A stretch of DNA of 64,000 bases from Patescibacteria group bacterium (GTDB lineage: Bacteria > Patescibacteriota > Microgenomatia > UBA8517): NCBI GenBank assembly GCA_026416845.1, contig JAOAEL010000002.1, positions 47,422 to 111,421 of the forward strand, given 5' to 3'. Positions within the stretch are counted from its first letter, which is position 1, and the number at the start of each line of letters is the position of its first letter. This document shows positions 10,315-21,410 of this stretch, piece after piece. A program made the position numbers and the translations under genes. The notes under the pieces are model-generated. The model was not told the DNA's origin. It worked only from the letters and a program-made list of their open reading frames with translations, and did no database searches.

Positions 10315-12915
10315 ATGTCTATCGGCAAGATTATCCCCACAAAGATTGTGGAAGAAATGCAAAAGTCCTACTTGGATTACGCAATGAGTGTTATAGTGGC
10401 ACGGGCGCTTCCGGATGTGCGAGACGGGCTAAAACCTGTGCATAGAAGAATCCTGTACGCGATGAGCCAGATGAATCTGACTCCACAAGCAAAATTCATA
10501 AAATGCGCCAAGATAGTGGGAGAGACAATGGGCAAATACCACCCTCACGGGAATATGGCAATTTATGACGCATTAGTTAGACTCGCGCAAGATTTTTCTC
10601 TTCGCTATCCACTTGTTTGGGGGCAGGGAAATTTTGGATCGGTTGACGGAGATCCACCAGCGGCAGATCGTTATACCGAAGCAAAACTTAAACCAATAGC
10701 AATGGAAATGATTGCGGACATAGACAAAGATACGGTTGATTTCGTGCCAACTTATGACGACTCCGACGTGGAACCACTATACCTTCCGGCAAAAATTCCC
10801 AATTTGTTACTCAAGGGAGAAGAAGGCATTGCAGTTGGTATGGCAACAAAAATACCAACTCATAATTTAAAAGAAGTCTGCACAGCCATAATTGAAACCA
10901 TTAAAAAGGGTAGGGTAGTAGTTAATGAACAAACTTACAAAGAAGAAATAGAAAAAGCAATCCAAAAAATAAACCTGATTGCGGAAGGAAAAGAACAAAA
11001 AACAAACACAATCCGCACCGATAGTATCAGCTTTGAATCAGACATAACTATTGACGAATTAATGGAAATTATCAAGGGACCTGACTTCCCAACTGGAGGG
11101 GCTATTTACGATGCGGCAAGCTTAAAAGATGTTTACGCTACAGGAAGAGGCAAAATTGTAGTGCGGGGAATAGCAGAAATTGTGGAGGGACAAAAAGGCA
11201 AAACGCAAATTATAATCTCTGAAATACCATATCAAGTCAACAAAGCCGATCTTGTGGCAACAATTGCCAATCTTGCGAAAGACAAAAAAATAGTTGGCAT
11301 TGCTGACTTAAGAGACGAATCTGACAAAGAAGGGCTTCGCATCGCAATTGACCTGAAACGAGACGCAAAACCCAAATCAGTCCTAAATAATATTTATAAA
11401 CATACTAAACTTCAAACCACATTTCCGGCTAATTTTGTCGCTCTCGTGGACGGAGTCCCTCATACTCTAAATCTCAAACAGATTTTGGTTGAATACATCA
11501 AACACCGACAAAAAGTAGTAACAAGACGAACAATTTTTGATCTGACAGAAGCGAAAAAAAGATCTCATATATTAGAAGGCTACAAAATCGCTTTAGATCA
11601 CTTAGACGAAGTAATTCAAACAATTCGATCATCCCAAACGCAAGAAGACGCAAAAATAAATTTGATTGCCAAATTTGGATTTTCAGAAATCCAAGCCATA
11701 TCTATTCTGGATATGCAACTTAGAAGACTTGCGGCTTTGGAACGAGAGAAAATTGAGAATGAATATAATGAAATCAAAAAATTAATAGACAAATTAGTGG
11801 CAATTCTAGAAAATCCAACACAAGTATTAGAAATCATTGCTAGTGAATCATCTGAAATAAAAGAGAAGTACAAAGATGAGAGAAAAACAAGAATATATAA
11901 ATCCAAAATAGGTGAATTTTCTGAACAGGATCTAGTCCCCAAGGAAGAAGTGCTCATCACCGTTACTAAAACAGGTTATATAAAGCGAGTTCCGCGAGCC
12001 ACTTATAGATCACAAGCAAGAGGCGGTAAAGGAGTAACAGGAATGACAACAAAAGAAGAAGACGAAATTGAACACCTAATCTCTGCGACAAGCCACGACA
12101 CAATTTTGTTTTTCACAGACAAAGGAAAAGTTTATGGAGCAAAAGCATGGGAAATTGCCGAAGGATCCCGTCAATCCAAAGGACAAGCGATTGTGAATAT
12201 TATCAATCTGGAACAAGGAGAAAAAATAATGTCAATCTTGCCACTTAACGAAAAAGGTAAATATCTTGTAATGGCAACAAAAAAAGGAACAATCAAAAAA
12301 ACGGCAATATCAGAATTTGCAAATATGCGCGCGAGTGGACTTATAGCAATTAAACTTGATCAAAACGATTCACTTGTTTCTGTACACGAAACAAGCGGAG
12401 AAGATCATATTCTAATGATTACAAAACTAGGTCAATCTATAAGATTTCCTGAATCAAACGTGCGCCCAATGGGCAGAAGCACATCAGGGGTAACAGGCAT
12501 ATCTCTTTTAGAAAACGATTCAGTCATAGGAATGGAAGTTTTTCCTGTGGTTGAACCAACATCAGACAACAAAAAAGCAAAGCTATATCGACAAATCATG
12601 ACAATCTCTGAAAAAGGAATGGGGAAGAGAACACCTATTAATCTTTTTCCTATCCAAAAACGAGCAGGGAAGGGTGTAAGGGTAGCTACTATATCAGCAA
12701 AAACAGGACCACTCGCCGCTGAAGTAATGATTACTCAAGACACCGAGCAAGTAGTTATAACAAGCAAAGCAGGAGTTGTAATCAAACTCCCAATAAAAGA
12801 TATCCCTGAACTTGGGCGATCGACACAGGGAGTTATTCTAATGCGATTTGCAAAAAGCGATGACAGTGTGGCAGCTATCGCCGCGCTTAGTAAAGGGAAT
12901 AACGAAACTAACTAA
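10315..12915 (+). CDS. gyrA: DNA gyrase subunit A
   Basis: [21 protein letters not shown] with the catalytic Tyr region ([10 protein letters not shown]), plus C-terminal beta-pinwheel repeats. 866 aa. Confidence 0.95.
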   Translation: MSIGKIIPTKIVEEMQKSYLDYAMSVIVARALPDVRDGLKPVHRRILYAMSQMNLTPQAKFIKCAKIVGETMGKYHPHGNMAIYDALVRLAQDFSLRYPLVWGQGNFGSVDGDPPAADRYTEAKLKPIAMEMIADIDKDTVDFVPTYDDSDVEPLYLPAKIPNLLLKGEEGIAVGMATKIPTHNLKEVCTAIIETIKKGRVVVNEQTYKEEIEKAIQKINLIAEGKEQKTNTIRTDSISFESDITIDELMEIIKGPDFPTGGAIYDAASLKDVYATGRGKIVVRGIAEIVEGQKGKTQIIISEIPYQVNKADLVATIANLAKDKKIVGIADLRDESDKEGLRIAIDLKRDAKPKSVLNNIYKHTKLQTTFPANFVALVDGVPHTLNLKQILVEYIKHRQKVVTRRTIFDLTEAKKRSHILEGYKIALDHLDEVIQTIRSSQTQEDAKINLIAKFGFSEIQAISILDMQLRRLAALEREKIENEYNEIKKLIDKLVAILENPTQVLEIIASESSEIKEKYKDERKTRIYKSKIGEFSEQDLVPKEEVLITVTKTGYIKRVPRATYRSQARGGKGVTGMTTKEEDEIEHLISATSHDTILFFTDKGKVYGAKAWEIAEGSRQSKGQAIVNIINLEQGEKIMSILPLNEKGKYLVMATKKGTIKKTAISEFANMRASGLIAIKLDQNDSLVSVHETSGEDHILMITKLGQSIRFPESNVRPMGRSTSGVTGISLLENDSVIGMEVFPVVEPTSDNKKAKLYRQIMTISEKGMGKRTPINLFPIQKRAGKGVRVATISAKTGPLAAEVMITQDTEQVVITSKAGVVIKLPIKDIPELGRSTQGVILMRFAKSDDSVAAIAALSKGNNETN

Positions 12916-13688
12916 CTTACAAGCAAAATTACTGAATACAATATCATTAATCCTTAGGACTTTGAATACCTCAGTTTGCTAAAATTACCCTCAGGATTAT
13001 TGAAGTCATTTATAATTTTCTGGAAATCATTTGAATTTATACCGCTATCTAAAATCTAAAATAGGTCCATAACGGTGTGGAGTAAATCCAATATAAGAAA
13101 TAGCATAAGCACCAACGCTACCTCCTAACTCTACAGCCGGACCGTATAGGACCACAGTTCGTTCAGTTTTCGGATTTTGGTAAACATACTGTGCGAATTA
13201 ACAAAAAAGCTTCTTTACCAGCCTTATCATATGCATTTACAAGAATATTTTCTACACTTGGCGAAATTTGCCTTGTCTTTCCAGCCGGTTTGTACGATTG
13301 TGCAACAATCTCATCTGTTAGACTTGCACCATTATTAATAGAATACAAATCTAATTTAATAAATAATTGAAACCTACCTCATACTATACGGATAGTTTAA
13401 CCATTTATCAACTTTTTCATAAAACTCGTCAATTTCTTTAAGGGCAATTGCGAGCTTCTTCTGTTTGTCCCCTCCAGTAAAATATCATAATTTGTTAATT
13501 TGATCTTCTTGTAACTCGCTTTGATATGTTTGAATAACACGCAAAGCTGACTCGGCAAATTCAAAAAATAATTCCATCTCTGGTGTGTTAGGATTCAATT
13601 CTTTCTCTTTGGAAATATTCACATAAAAATTAAAACATGTAGGATTATAAGAAATACTTATTTAAACCACAAATAAAAACCTTTTCAA
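12916..13688 (-). pseudogene. Decayed gene remnant (multiple frameshifts / internal stops), unknown function
   Basis: The minus strand gives consecutive ORF fragments in different frames: ...QSELQEDQINKL*, YFTGGDKQKKLAIALKEIDEFYEKVDKWLNYPYSMR*, MYSINNGASLTDEIVAQSYKPAGK...LPKSEN*, and ERTVVLYGPAVELGGSVGAYAISYIGF.... There is no intact ORF longer than 61 aa in about 770 bp. Confidence 0.45.
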
Positions 13689-14642
13689 CTAATTACGCCG
13701 GTGATACTTCTCATACACCTCGCGAAGTCTTTTGTGTGTCACATGAGTATAAATTTGCGTCGTAGACACATTTTTATGTCCGAGCATTTCTTGAACGCTC
13801 CTGAGATCAGCTCCCGCCATCAGCAAATCTGTTGCATAGCTATGTCTAATCACATGTGGAGTAACATCAATTGGCAATTTAATTTTTTGCCCATATTTCT
13901 TGATAATTCTTTGGATTGATCTAACTGTTAACCTAAAATCGTCATCAACTTTCGTAGGATCAATTTTGCCACGATGACGTATAAAAAGTGGACTAAATTT
14001 ATCATTGCGGGCATTAAGATAAATTGACAACCAATCCGCCGCCCTTGCCGACAAAAAAACTACTCTAGCGCGCCCTCCTTTGCCTACAACACCAAACTCG
14101 CGCCTTTGAAGATCAACTTTATCGCGATCAAGTTTCACAAGTTCAGAAACTCTAAGACCAGTGGAAAACAAAACTTCTAATATAGCCTTGTCCCTTTTGC
14201 CTGCTACAGAAGATAGCAAAGGAGCATTCAAAAGCCTTTCAACTTGCTCGCCTGTCAAAAATTTCACCTGCCTTTCTGATATTTTGGGTAATTCTATTTT
14301 GTCAGGAGACATGACATTATAGTCATTCTTTAAAAGCCAACGCAAAAAAGAACGAATAGCAATTGCATGATAGCTTTGAGTTTTACGGCCAAGAAACCTG
14401 CCCTTGCCATCAGTTTGTCGAGATAAATAAACCCTGTATTGCCTTATAACATCAGGATTAATGTCAAACAAGCTACATTCAGGATTTAACTTTGAATACC
14501 AACTGCAAAATCTCAAAAGATAATGTCGATAATTGCGAAGGGTTAGGGGAGAATACCCTTTTTCTATTTCCAAATATTCCAAAAAATCAAAAACATGCTT
14601 AGCAATTTTATTTTGATTGGCAAGTAGGGCAGTTTTGGGCAT
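13689..14642 (-). CDS. Tyrosine site-specific recombinase, XerC/XerD family
   Basis: C-terminal catalytic box HVIRHSYATDLLMAGADLRSVQEMLGHKNVSTTQIYTHV (R..HxxR..Y) and an N-terminal SAM-like core-binding domain. Confidence 0.85.
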   Translation of the reverse strand: MPKTALLANQNKIAKHVFDFLEYLEIEKGYSPLTLRNYRHYLLRFCSWYSKLNPECSLFDINPDVIRQYRVYLSRQTDGKGRFLGRKTQSYHAIAIRSFLRWLLKNDYNVMSPDKIELPKISERQVKFLTGEQVERLLNAPLLSSVAGKRDKAILEVLFSTGLRVSELVKLDRDKVDLQRREFGVVGKGGRARVVFLSARAADWLSIYLNARNDKFSPLFIRHRGKIDPTKVDDDFRLTVRSIQRIIKKYGQKIKLPIDVTPHVIRHSYATDLLMAGADLRSVQEMLGHKNVSTTQIYTHVTHKRLREVYEKYHRRN

Positions 14643-15639
14643 ATGAAAAATAATTGTGACTTAAATCATAAAATACAAATTTAATCTAGTCAATATTGTG
14701 CGACAATGGTTGTCAATTACTTATTAAATTATTTAACTGATTTCAAAATTATTTTGACTTTCAACAACATTTAATTTATTTAATCAAAATCTATCAACAA
14801 ATTTAACTTTAAACCGGATTATTTTTTCTAAAGAATTTTTATTAATAATTTTAAATCAACAATAAATAACCATTTTTTTATCATAAGTTTAATTTTTAAA
14901 ATATCTCTTAGTTTTAGAAATTTAGAAACTTTTTAAAACCGATTTTAAAGCCCTTCTTTTTTAAAAGACAATAAAACTATCGCCTGATATACAATTAAAA
15001 AACAATGGATTGTAGTAAAAAACAAAATGATTAAAAATTTAAAACCAATTTTCGGTATAAATTAGGATTTCAAAAATCAAGATAAATTTGTCAAAAGACA
15101 AACTTGGTCAAAATTTAATAAAAGACTAAAAAATATAAAATCAAGTGAAAAATAAATACCAAAAAATAAAAATTATACAAAAAGCCCTACTCTAATAAAT
15201 TCATAAATTGCGTCGTAAAAGTTATATTGTACGACAATTTTTCTCAAAACAAGAAAATAATTTTTTTACAAAAAAATAGGGTTAGGAAAGAACAGCAAGA
15301 AAGCATTTATCTTAAATTTCTGAATTATTTACATTACTTATTTTATGTACTCTGTTGTTAAAATTTAAAACACACTTAAATAGTTAAGGATAAATATCCA
15401 CAATCTCCAGTACCGCTCGTAAATATATCTATGCAAAAAAATACTAATTAACTCATAAAAAATTGTAAATGCAAAGATAAAAAAAGATAAAAATTGTGAA
15501 AAAATAAGTTTGCATCGTGAAAAGTGTTGCTGGCAAATTTTAAAACTATAGGACTACTGTCTCGAAAAACTAAAATCTACTATCCCCTTCTCCCTATCTC
15601 CTTAGTCTATTTAAACAGAAGTAAAATTAAACTTTCACC

Positions 15640-16398
15640 TCATAAAGTAACACCAAACATTCCAATAAATATTGCAGCACCCAAAATTAAATATTCTCTA
15701 ACAGTTTGAACAAATAATCTTTCTTCCAAATGCGATTGCCCTAAACCAAGTAAAACATAAGCAGTTGTTGTTAAAAATAAAGATCCCACAACTATACTTA
15801 CAGGCCAAAAATAAACTACAGCAGAAATTTGAGCACATATTAAAGATGAAATTACACTAATTTGAAATATTTTAGAAGAAAACTTTGTACCTAAACTGAC
15901 TACCCAATAACCCTGAAGAAAAATAGGAAAAGAAACTAAAAAAACATATAAAACATTTAAGTAAACTGGCAATCCAAAAGAAAGTATTGCATCAAATAAG
16001 AAAAAAAAAGTCGCTATTGTAAATACAAATCCCCCAGCCTTTGCTGTTCTAAATAAAGCAATGGTTTTAATTGTAGAAACATAATAAACATTTATGGTAA
16101 GAATCAAGAAATACATCAAAAGTCCGTACAAAACAACAATCAACCTTGTCAGAAAACTGGGTGGAAGCAAAAACCAAAAAAAACCAACACCAATAGTAAA
16201 AAAAGCAGGCAAAACAAGTAAAATAATAGAAGCATTAAATTTTAAAGACTCTTTTAAAGACCATGCTATTAAAATTGTTACAACTACAGATAAAAAAAAT
16301 ATGCTATGAATTTTATAATTTGAATTTATAAACTGTACACATATAAACCCCAAAGAAGCTAGAATTGAAGTTAATATAATCTTTAACCTTTTACTCAT
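15640..16398 (-). CDS. Hypothetical polytopic membrane protein
   Basis: 252 aa with around eight hydrophobic helices and no recognisable motif. Uses a TGA stop. Confidence 0.5.
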   Translation of the reverse strand: MSKRLKIILTSILASLGFICVQFINSNYKIHSIFFLSVVVTILIAWSLKESLKFNASIILLVLPAFFTIGVGFFWFLLPPSFLTRLIVVLYGLLMYFLILTINVYYVSTIKTIALFRTAKAGGFVFTIATFFFLFDAILSFGLPVYLNVLYVFLVSFPIFLQGYWVVSLGTKFSSKIFQISVISSLICAQISAVVYFWPVSIVVGSLFLTTTAYVLLGLGQSHLEERLFVQTVREYLILGAAIFIGMFGVTL

Positions 16399-16411
16399 AA
16401 ATAAATTTTTT

Positions 16412-17125
16412 TTAAATTAATGCATTTGTAAAAACTTTTTGCACATCATCATGTTCTTCTAAAGCATTTAAAAGCTGTTTTATTTTGTCACAAACTTTTA
16501 AATCCAAAATTTTAATTGGATTATTGGCTTTTCTAACGATATCAATAGATATAATTTTTTGATTATTCTGTGATAAAAAATTTCTTACCAGATTTATATT
16601 TTCGAACAAAACTAATAATTCAAAACCATGACCAACATCTTGAATATCGTCAGCTCCAGAATCTATCAAAAGTAAAACTTGTTCATCGGGATTTTCAGAC
16701 TTTGCAACTACTATAATTCCAAATTGTTTAAAATCATATGAAACAGCTCCTGGTGTCGCCATATTCCCTTCATTTTTTTCAAAAATATTTCTTATTTCCT
16801 GAAATGTCCGATTTTTATTATCGGTAGCCACCTCCACAAGTACACCTATACCCGAAGGTCCAAATCCTTCGTATATAACTTCTTCCAAATTTCCTTTTTC
16901 TTTAGCTTTATTAATTGCTTTCTCTATATTTTCTTTTGGCATGTTAGCAGAACGAGCAGCTTCTATTGCAGCTCTTAACTTTGGATTAGTTTCAGGATCC
17001 TCTCCTCCACCTGTCTTAACCGCCACTGAAATGGCAAGAGAAAGTTTAGTAAAAATTTTGCCTTTAACTTGATCGTTAATCTCCTTTTGTCTTTTAATAG
17101 TAGACCATTTAGAATGTCCAGACAT
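16412..17125 (-). CDS. YebC/PmpR family DNA-binding transcriptional regulator
   Basis: MSGHSKWSTIKRQK N-terminus is diagnostic of the YebC family. 237 aa. Confidence 0.9.
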   Translation of the reverse strand: MSGHSKWSTIKRQKEINDQVKGKIFTKLSLAISVAVKTGGGEDPETNPKLRAAIEAARSANMPKENIEKAINKAKEKGNLEEVIYEGFGPSGIGVLVEVATDNKNRTFQEIRNIFEKNEGNMATPGAVSYDFKQFGIIVVAKSENPDEQVLLLIDSGADDIQDVGHGFELLVLFENINLVRNFLSQNNQKIISIDIVRKANNPIKILDLKVCDKIKQLLNALEEHDDVQKVFTNALI

Positions 17126-17253
17126 AAGTTTATTTTAACAAAAAATCACTATTTAAAATCAAAAACTTCAACTCTTGACATAAATTTAGCCATATTTATA
17201 CTCAATTGAAAAGACTTGTTGACTAAAACTAAATAATAAAATTTCTGCCAAAC

Positions 17254-17988
17254 ATGAATGAAGAACTTGTTCAAGCAGCAATTTCAGCCGCCCTATCTGG
17301 AGAGTGGGAAGAAGCCATTTTGTTAAACAAAAAAATATTAGATCAAAATCCAAAAGATGTTGATGCTTTAACCAGACTCGCTCGTGCGTATGCAGAAATA
17401 AACAAAATCAAAAAAGCCAAAGCAACCTTGCAAGAAGTACTTCGCATAGATCCTTATAATTCAATAGCTATCAAAACTTTAACAAAATGGAAAAATTTCA
17501 GATGTCCCAAAAATGGTTCATTTTCAAAAGTATCAAATCCTCAAGTATTTTTAGAAGAACCCGGAAAAACAAAGGTGGTATTTCTTAAGCACCTTTCAAA
17601 CCCTGAAGTTATAGCAGAACTTGATGCCGGAGATCCAGTAAAATTAGTGATTAGTGCTCACAAAATTTCAATCATCTCTCAGCAAAACAAATACATTGGA
17701 AAACTACCAGATGATATTTCCGCCAGAATAAAAAAGCTATTTTCTCTTGGATACTCTTATTCAGGAGTAATCATATCTTCAGATAAAAATGGAGTCAGTG
17801 TTTTGATTAGAGAAATTACAAGACCAAAAAAGTACAGCGATATTCCATCCTTCCCAACTGAAAAAATAAATTATATAGCATTCACACCTCCAGAATTGGT
17901 TCATGAAGAAGATGAAATTAAAGAAAGTTTAGGCGAAGACGAAGAAGAAGTATTTGAAGAAATTTATACTGAAAAATCAAAAGAATAA
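17254..17988 (+). CDS. TPR-repeat protein with acidic C-terminal tail
   Basis: N-terminal TPR-like helical repeats (AILLNKKILDQNPKDVDALTRLARAYAEINKIKKAKATLQEVLRIDPYN) and an E/D-rich C-terminus. Confidence 0.5.
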   Translation: MNEELVQAAISAALSGEWEEAILLNKKILDQNPKDVDALTRLARAYAEINKIKKAKATLQEVLRIDPYNSIAIKTLTKWKNFRCPKNGSFSKVSNPQVFLEEPGKTKVVFLKHLSNPEVIAELDAGDPVKLVISAHKISIISQQNKYIGKLPDDISARIKKLFSLGYSYSGVIISSDKNGVSVLIREITRPKKYSDIPSFPTEKINYIAFTPPELVHEEDEIKESLGEDEEEVFEEIYTEKSKE

Positions 17989-18004
17989 AAAATTTAACTT
18001 CTAA

Positions 18005-18952
18005 CTATTCTTCTAAACTAAGAAAAAATATTTCTAAATTTTTGTTTTCTTTGTCAAAAACTTCTAAATTACACATTTGAAAATATTTTTTAATTTCCTT
18101 CGCTAATTGCTTATCATTCACTTTTAATTCACAAAAAATTTTCCTACCATCTTTTAAATATGCATTTTTTCTGTCTTGAATCTCCTTTGCCAATATAACT
18201 TTACCACCCAAAGATGCAAATGTATCTTTAATTTCATCTAAATCAACAGTAGAACCTACATAGTTCATAATAGAAACTGTAAAAACTTCATCGCTTACAT
18301 TAAAAAGCGATTGAACAAGCTGTGGCATAAATGGGGTTTTTATGTAACCTTCAGAACCATCAACAAGAATAGCCCTACGTAAAAAACTAGTTTGATCCAA
18401 ATTAATAGTAGTTTGTTTTATATCTTTGCTAAAAATAGTTTGTAAAGCAAAATTAACCTTTTCCGCAAAAGAAAAGCTAGAATCTAAATGAAAAAAAACA
18501 AATTTCAAATTCTCTATAAACGATCCTATTTCAAATTTTAAACTCCTTCCATAAACATAATGATAAACAGGCAAAGCAAGTGACAATGTAACAGTTTCAG
18601 AAATTAGCTGCCCTCCTAAACCTTCATTAATTCCAATGTTATAAACATTTTTAATCTTAGTTTTACCTAACCCTCTGGCTAAATTCACAAAAGTGTCTTG
18701 TGGAATCACTATATTCGTCAACTCTTTATAATAAGGATCAAAAACAACAACTTGTATATGCTCATTTTCTTTATAAACTACATAACTTAATTTTGACTTC
18801 CCATCCCACAATTTCTCCTGTGATAAACTAAAAAAAAGAAAAAAGAAAAAAAATAAAAAAATAAACAACAAAAGATAAACAAATTTTTGATAATTCAAAA
18901 AATATGAAAAAAAATTTAAGCTTTTTTTAATCTTCCTACTACGAGCAGTCAT
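18005..18952 (-). CDS. LytR-CpsA-Psr (LCP) family cell-envelope phosphotransferase-like protein
   Basis: N-terminal TM followed by an LCP core with D..IP.DT...KIN.AY..GG-type motifs (VVVFDP...NIVIPQDTFV...KIKNVYNIGINEGLGG). Confidence 0.6.
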   Translation of the reverse strand: MTARSRKIKKSLNFFSYFLNYQKFVYLLLFIFLFFFFFLFFSLSQEKLWDGKSKLSYVVYKENEHIQVVVFDPYYKELTNIVIPQDTFVNLARGLGKTKIKNVYNIGINEGLGGQLISETVTLSLALPVYHYVYGRSLKFEIGSFIENLKFVFFHLDSSFSFAEKVNFALQTIFSKDIKQTTINLDQTSFLRRAILVDGSEGYIKTPFMPQLVQSLFNVSDEVFTVSIMNYVGSTVDLDEIKDTFASLGGKVILAKEIQDRKNAYLKDGRKIFCELKVNDKQLAKEIKKYFQMCNLEVFDKENKNLEIFFLSLEE

Positions 18953-18959
18953 CCTAAAA

Positions 18960-20624
18960 TTAAATAATTGCTAAACTTTTCAAAGAATCAAGCTTCTTGA
19001 TATCAAATCTACCATTTTTAAATATAGTTTTAATATGAAACCCTGCAAGCATTTCAGGGACTACAACATAATAAGCTCCTTCGTTATACAACTTTCTCGC
19101 CTCATGTATATTCGCCGCAATTGCTATAAAAATCGCTTTTGACTTTTTCATCCTTAGGTATTCTAAAATCCTAAGATTATCCGCTAAAACACCAAAGGTA
19201 GTTATAATCACTTTTGCCCTAACCACATTTGCAGCTTCCAATATTTCAGGATCCGAAATATCACCAAATAAAATATTTACCCCTTCTTTGGAAAGTTCGT
19301 CAAATATCTTGGGATTAAAATCAACAACCACATATTTTTCGTAAGATCTAAGAAGTTTGGATAAAATGACATGCCCACTCCTGTCACAACCAACAATCAC
19401 ACAATGATCTTTAAGTTCATAGGATAATTTAGTAAACTTCTCAGCCTGATTATGCTTTGCTCTCTCAAAAAAACTCAATAAATGCTGCAATCTAACATAA
19501 ATTTTGTCAGAATACATAATCATATAAGTAGACAAGGTCATTGTGATAACAGCAACAACAATTACCAAAGAAACATCCGCTTGCGTGACATGAGATAACG
19601 AAAGTCCAATTGCCATTAATATAAGAGAAAACTCTGATATTTGCGCAACCGTAAGCCCGGCCATAAATGAAGTCCGCTTCTTGTAACCCATAATTCCCAA
19701 AAGTATTAAAACAATCAGCGGATTGCCAATTAAAACAAAAGCTGAAAAAATTAAAGCTTCTGGAAGTATAGATACAAACTCCCCTTCCATAGCAAGCTCT
19801 GTACCCAAGACAACAAAAAAAATTGTCAAGAAAAAATCGCGAAGTGGCTTGGCTCTAGTTGCGACTTGCAAGTGTTCAGGCAAATTAGAAAGAGCAAGTC
19901 CGGCCAAAAATCCTCCAACTTCCAAAGTAAAACCAAGTGGGCCGGCGACAAAAGATGAAAATCCAAGTGCCCAAGCAATGCTTGCAATGAATAAAAGCTC
20001 AGTTGAAGAAGTAAAGTATCTTTCAAAAATCAAAGGAATCATTCTTTTTGATAAAAACCACACTACAACAAATAAAAACAAAGCTTTAGCTAAGGTATAA
20101 AATATAGTCAACAAATCGGCATTACCATTTGAAATTCCAGCTAAAAAAAGAAGAATAAGTATTGCTACAAAATCTTGAACTAACAAAAAACCAATCGCAA
20201 TTCTTCCATATAAACTTTGCAAGTCTTTTTTTTCAGATAAAAGTTTAACCATAATAATTGTTGAAGAAAAAGTAAGAGCAACAGATATATACAAGGCTTG
20301 TAATGTATCAAAACCCAAAATCAGCGCCAAAAAATAACCTATTATAGAGGTAAAAACAATTTGTCCAATTCCTGTAATTAAGGCGGGCTTGCCAATAGTT
20401 GGCAATTCCGAAAGTTTCATTTCAAGCCCCAACAAAAATAAAAGAAGCGTTACACCAACTTGTGAAAGCGTCTTTAAATCTTTCGTATTGGAAATAATCC
20501 CAAAAGCACCAACAACAATCCCTGCTATTAAATAACCAACTAACAAAGGCTGTTTTATTGTTTTTGCAATAAAGCCAAATCCGGCGGCTATTACGATGAC
20601 GATTGCGATTTGAGCAAAATCCAT
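18960..20624 (-). CDS. Monovalent cation:proton antiporter (CPA2/Kef-type) with C-terminal RCK/TrkA-N domain
   Basis: About 12 TM segments in a Na_H exchanger fold, followed by a Rossmann-type RCK domain (CVIVGCDRSGHVILSKLL). Confidence 0.75.
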   Translation of the reverse strand: MDFAQIAIVIVIAAGFGFIAKTIKQPLLVGYLIAGIVVGAFGIISNTKDLKTLSQVGVTLLLFLLGLEMKLSELPTIGKPALITGIGQIVFTSIIGYFLALILGFDTLQALYISVALTFSSTIIMVKLLSEKKDLQSLYGRIAIGFLLVQDFVAILILLFLAGISNGNADLLTIFYTLAKALFLFVVVWFLSKRMIPLIFERYFTSSTELLFIASIAWALGFSSFVAGPLGFTLEVGGFLAGLALSNLPEHLQVATRAKPLRDFFLTIFFVVLGTELAMEGEFVSILPEALIFSAFVLIGNPLIVLILLGIMGYKKRTSFMAGLTVAQISEFSLILMAIGLSLSHVTQADVSLVIVVAVITMTLSTYMIMYSDKIYVRLQHLLSFFERAKHNQAEKFTKLSYELKDHCVIVGCDRSGHVILSKLLRSYEKYVVVDFNPKIFDELSKEGVNILFGDISDPEILEAANVVRAKVIITTFGVLADNLRILEYLRMKKSKAIFIAIAANIHEARKLYNEGAYYVVVPEMLAGFHIKTIFKNGRFDIKKLDSLKSLAII

Positions 20625-20669
20625 TTGCTTTAGTGTAAAAGCTTAAAAATCATTTGGCAAACTCAATTT

Positions 20670-21380
20670 TTAAGAAGAACTTAAATTTCTCAATGCTTCT
20701 TGCAGATCTGAAGGCAAATCTGAACTAAAAGTTAACTTTTCGCCTGAACGCGGATGCGAAAAAACAATTTCCGAAGCATGTAAAAATAATCTTTGACAAA
20801 ATTTGCTGTCTTTTCTAGCTGTTTTTCTGCCAGCGTAAAACTTATCCGAAACTATTGGATTTCCTAAATATTTAGCATGAACCCTAATTTGATGCGTTCT
20901 GCCAGTTTTAGGATAAAACTTAGTCAAAGAATACTTTTCGTTCCCTTTTACATATACCTCAACCACTTCGTAATCGCTTAAAGCTTGTCTGCCACTAGAA
21001 TAAACACCAAATCTTTCTCTGTTCCAAGGAAGTCTGCCAACAGGAGCATCTATTGTACCTTTTGGCTTTTTGGGAACCCCATGCAAAAGAGCCAAATATG
21101 TTTTTTGTACACTTCGATTTTTGAATTGAGATTGCAAGTTTTCAAAAGCATCTTTATCTTTGGCAACAAGAAGTATTCCGCTAGTTTCTTTGTCCAATCT
21201 ATGCACTACTCCATTTCTACATTCATAATTATCAACAATAGGGTATTTGAAATTCTTTGACAACCAATTTTGCACAACAAAAGTTGTCTTAACTGTTTTA
21301 GCATCATTTACTACCCATCCGGCAGGCTTTAGGATAACTAAAAGGGATTCGTCTTCAAAAATTATTTCAGGAGTCAACAT
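20670..21380 (-). CDS. RluA-family pseudouridine synthase
   Basis: HRLDKETSGILLVAKD catalytic motif. 236 aa. Confidence 0.85.
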   Translation of the reverse strand: MLTPEIIFEDESLLVILKPAGWVVNDAKTVKTTFVVQNWLSKNFKYPIVDNYECRNGVVHRLDKETSGILLVAKDKDAFENLQSQFKNRSVQKTYLALLHGVPKKPKGTIDAPVGRLPWNRERFGVYSSGRQALSDYEVVEVYVKGNEKYSLTKFYPKTGRTHQIRVHAKYLGNPIVSDKFYAGRKTARKDSKFCQRLFLHASEIVFSHPRSGEKLTFSSDLPSDLQEALRNLSSS

Positions 21381-21410
21381 TATAATTTAGCTAAGTGGCA
21401 GATAAAAAAA

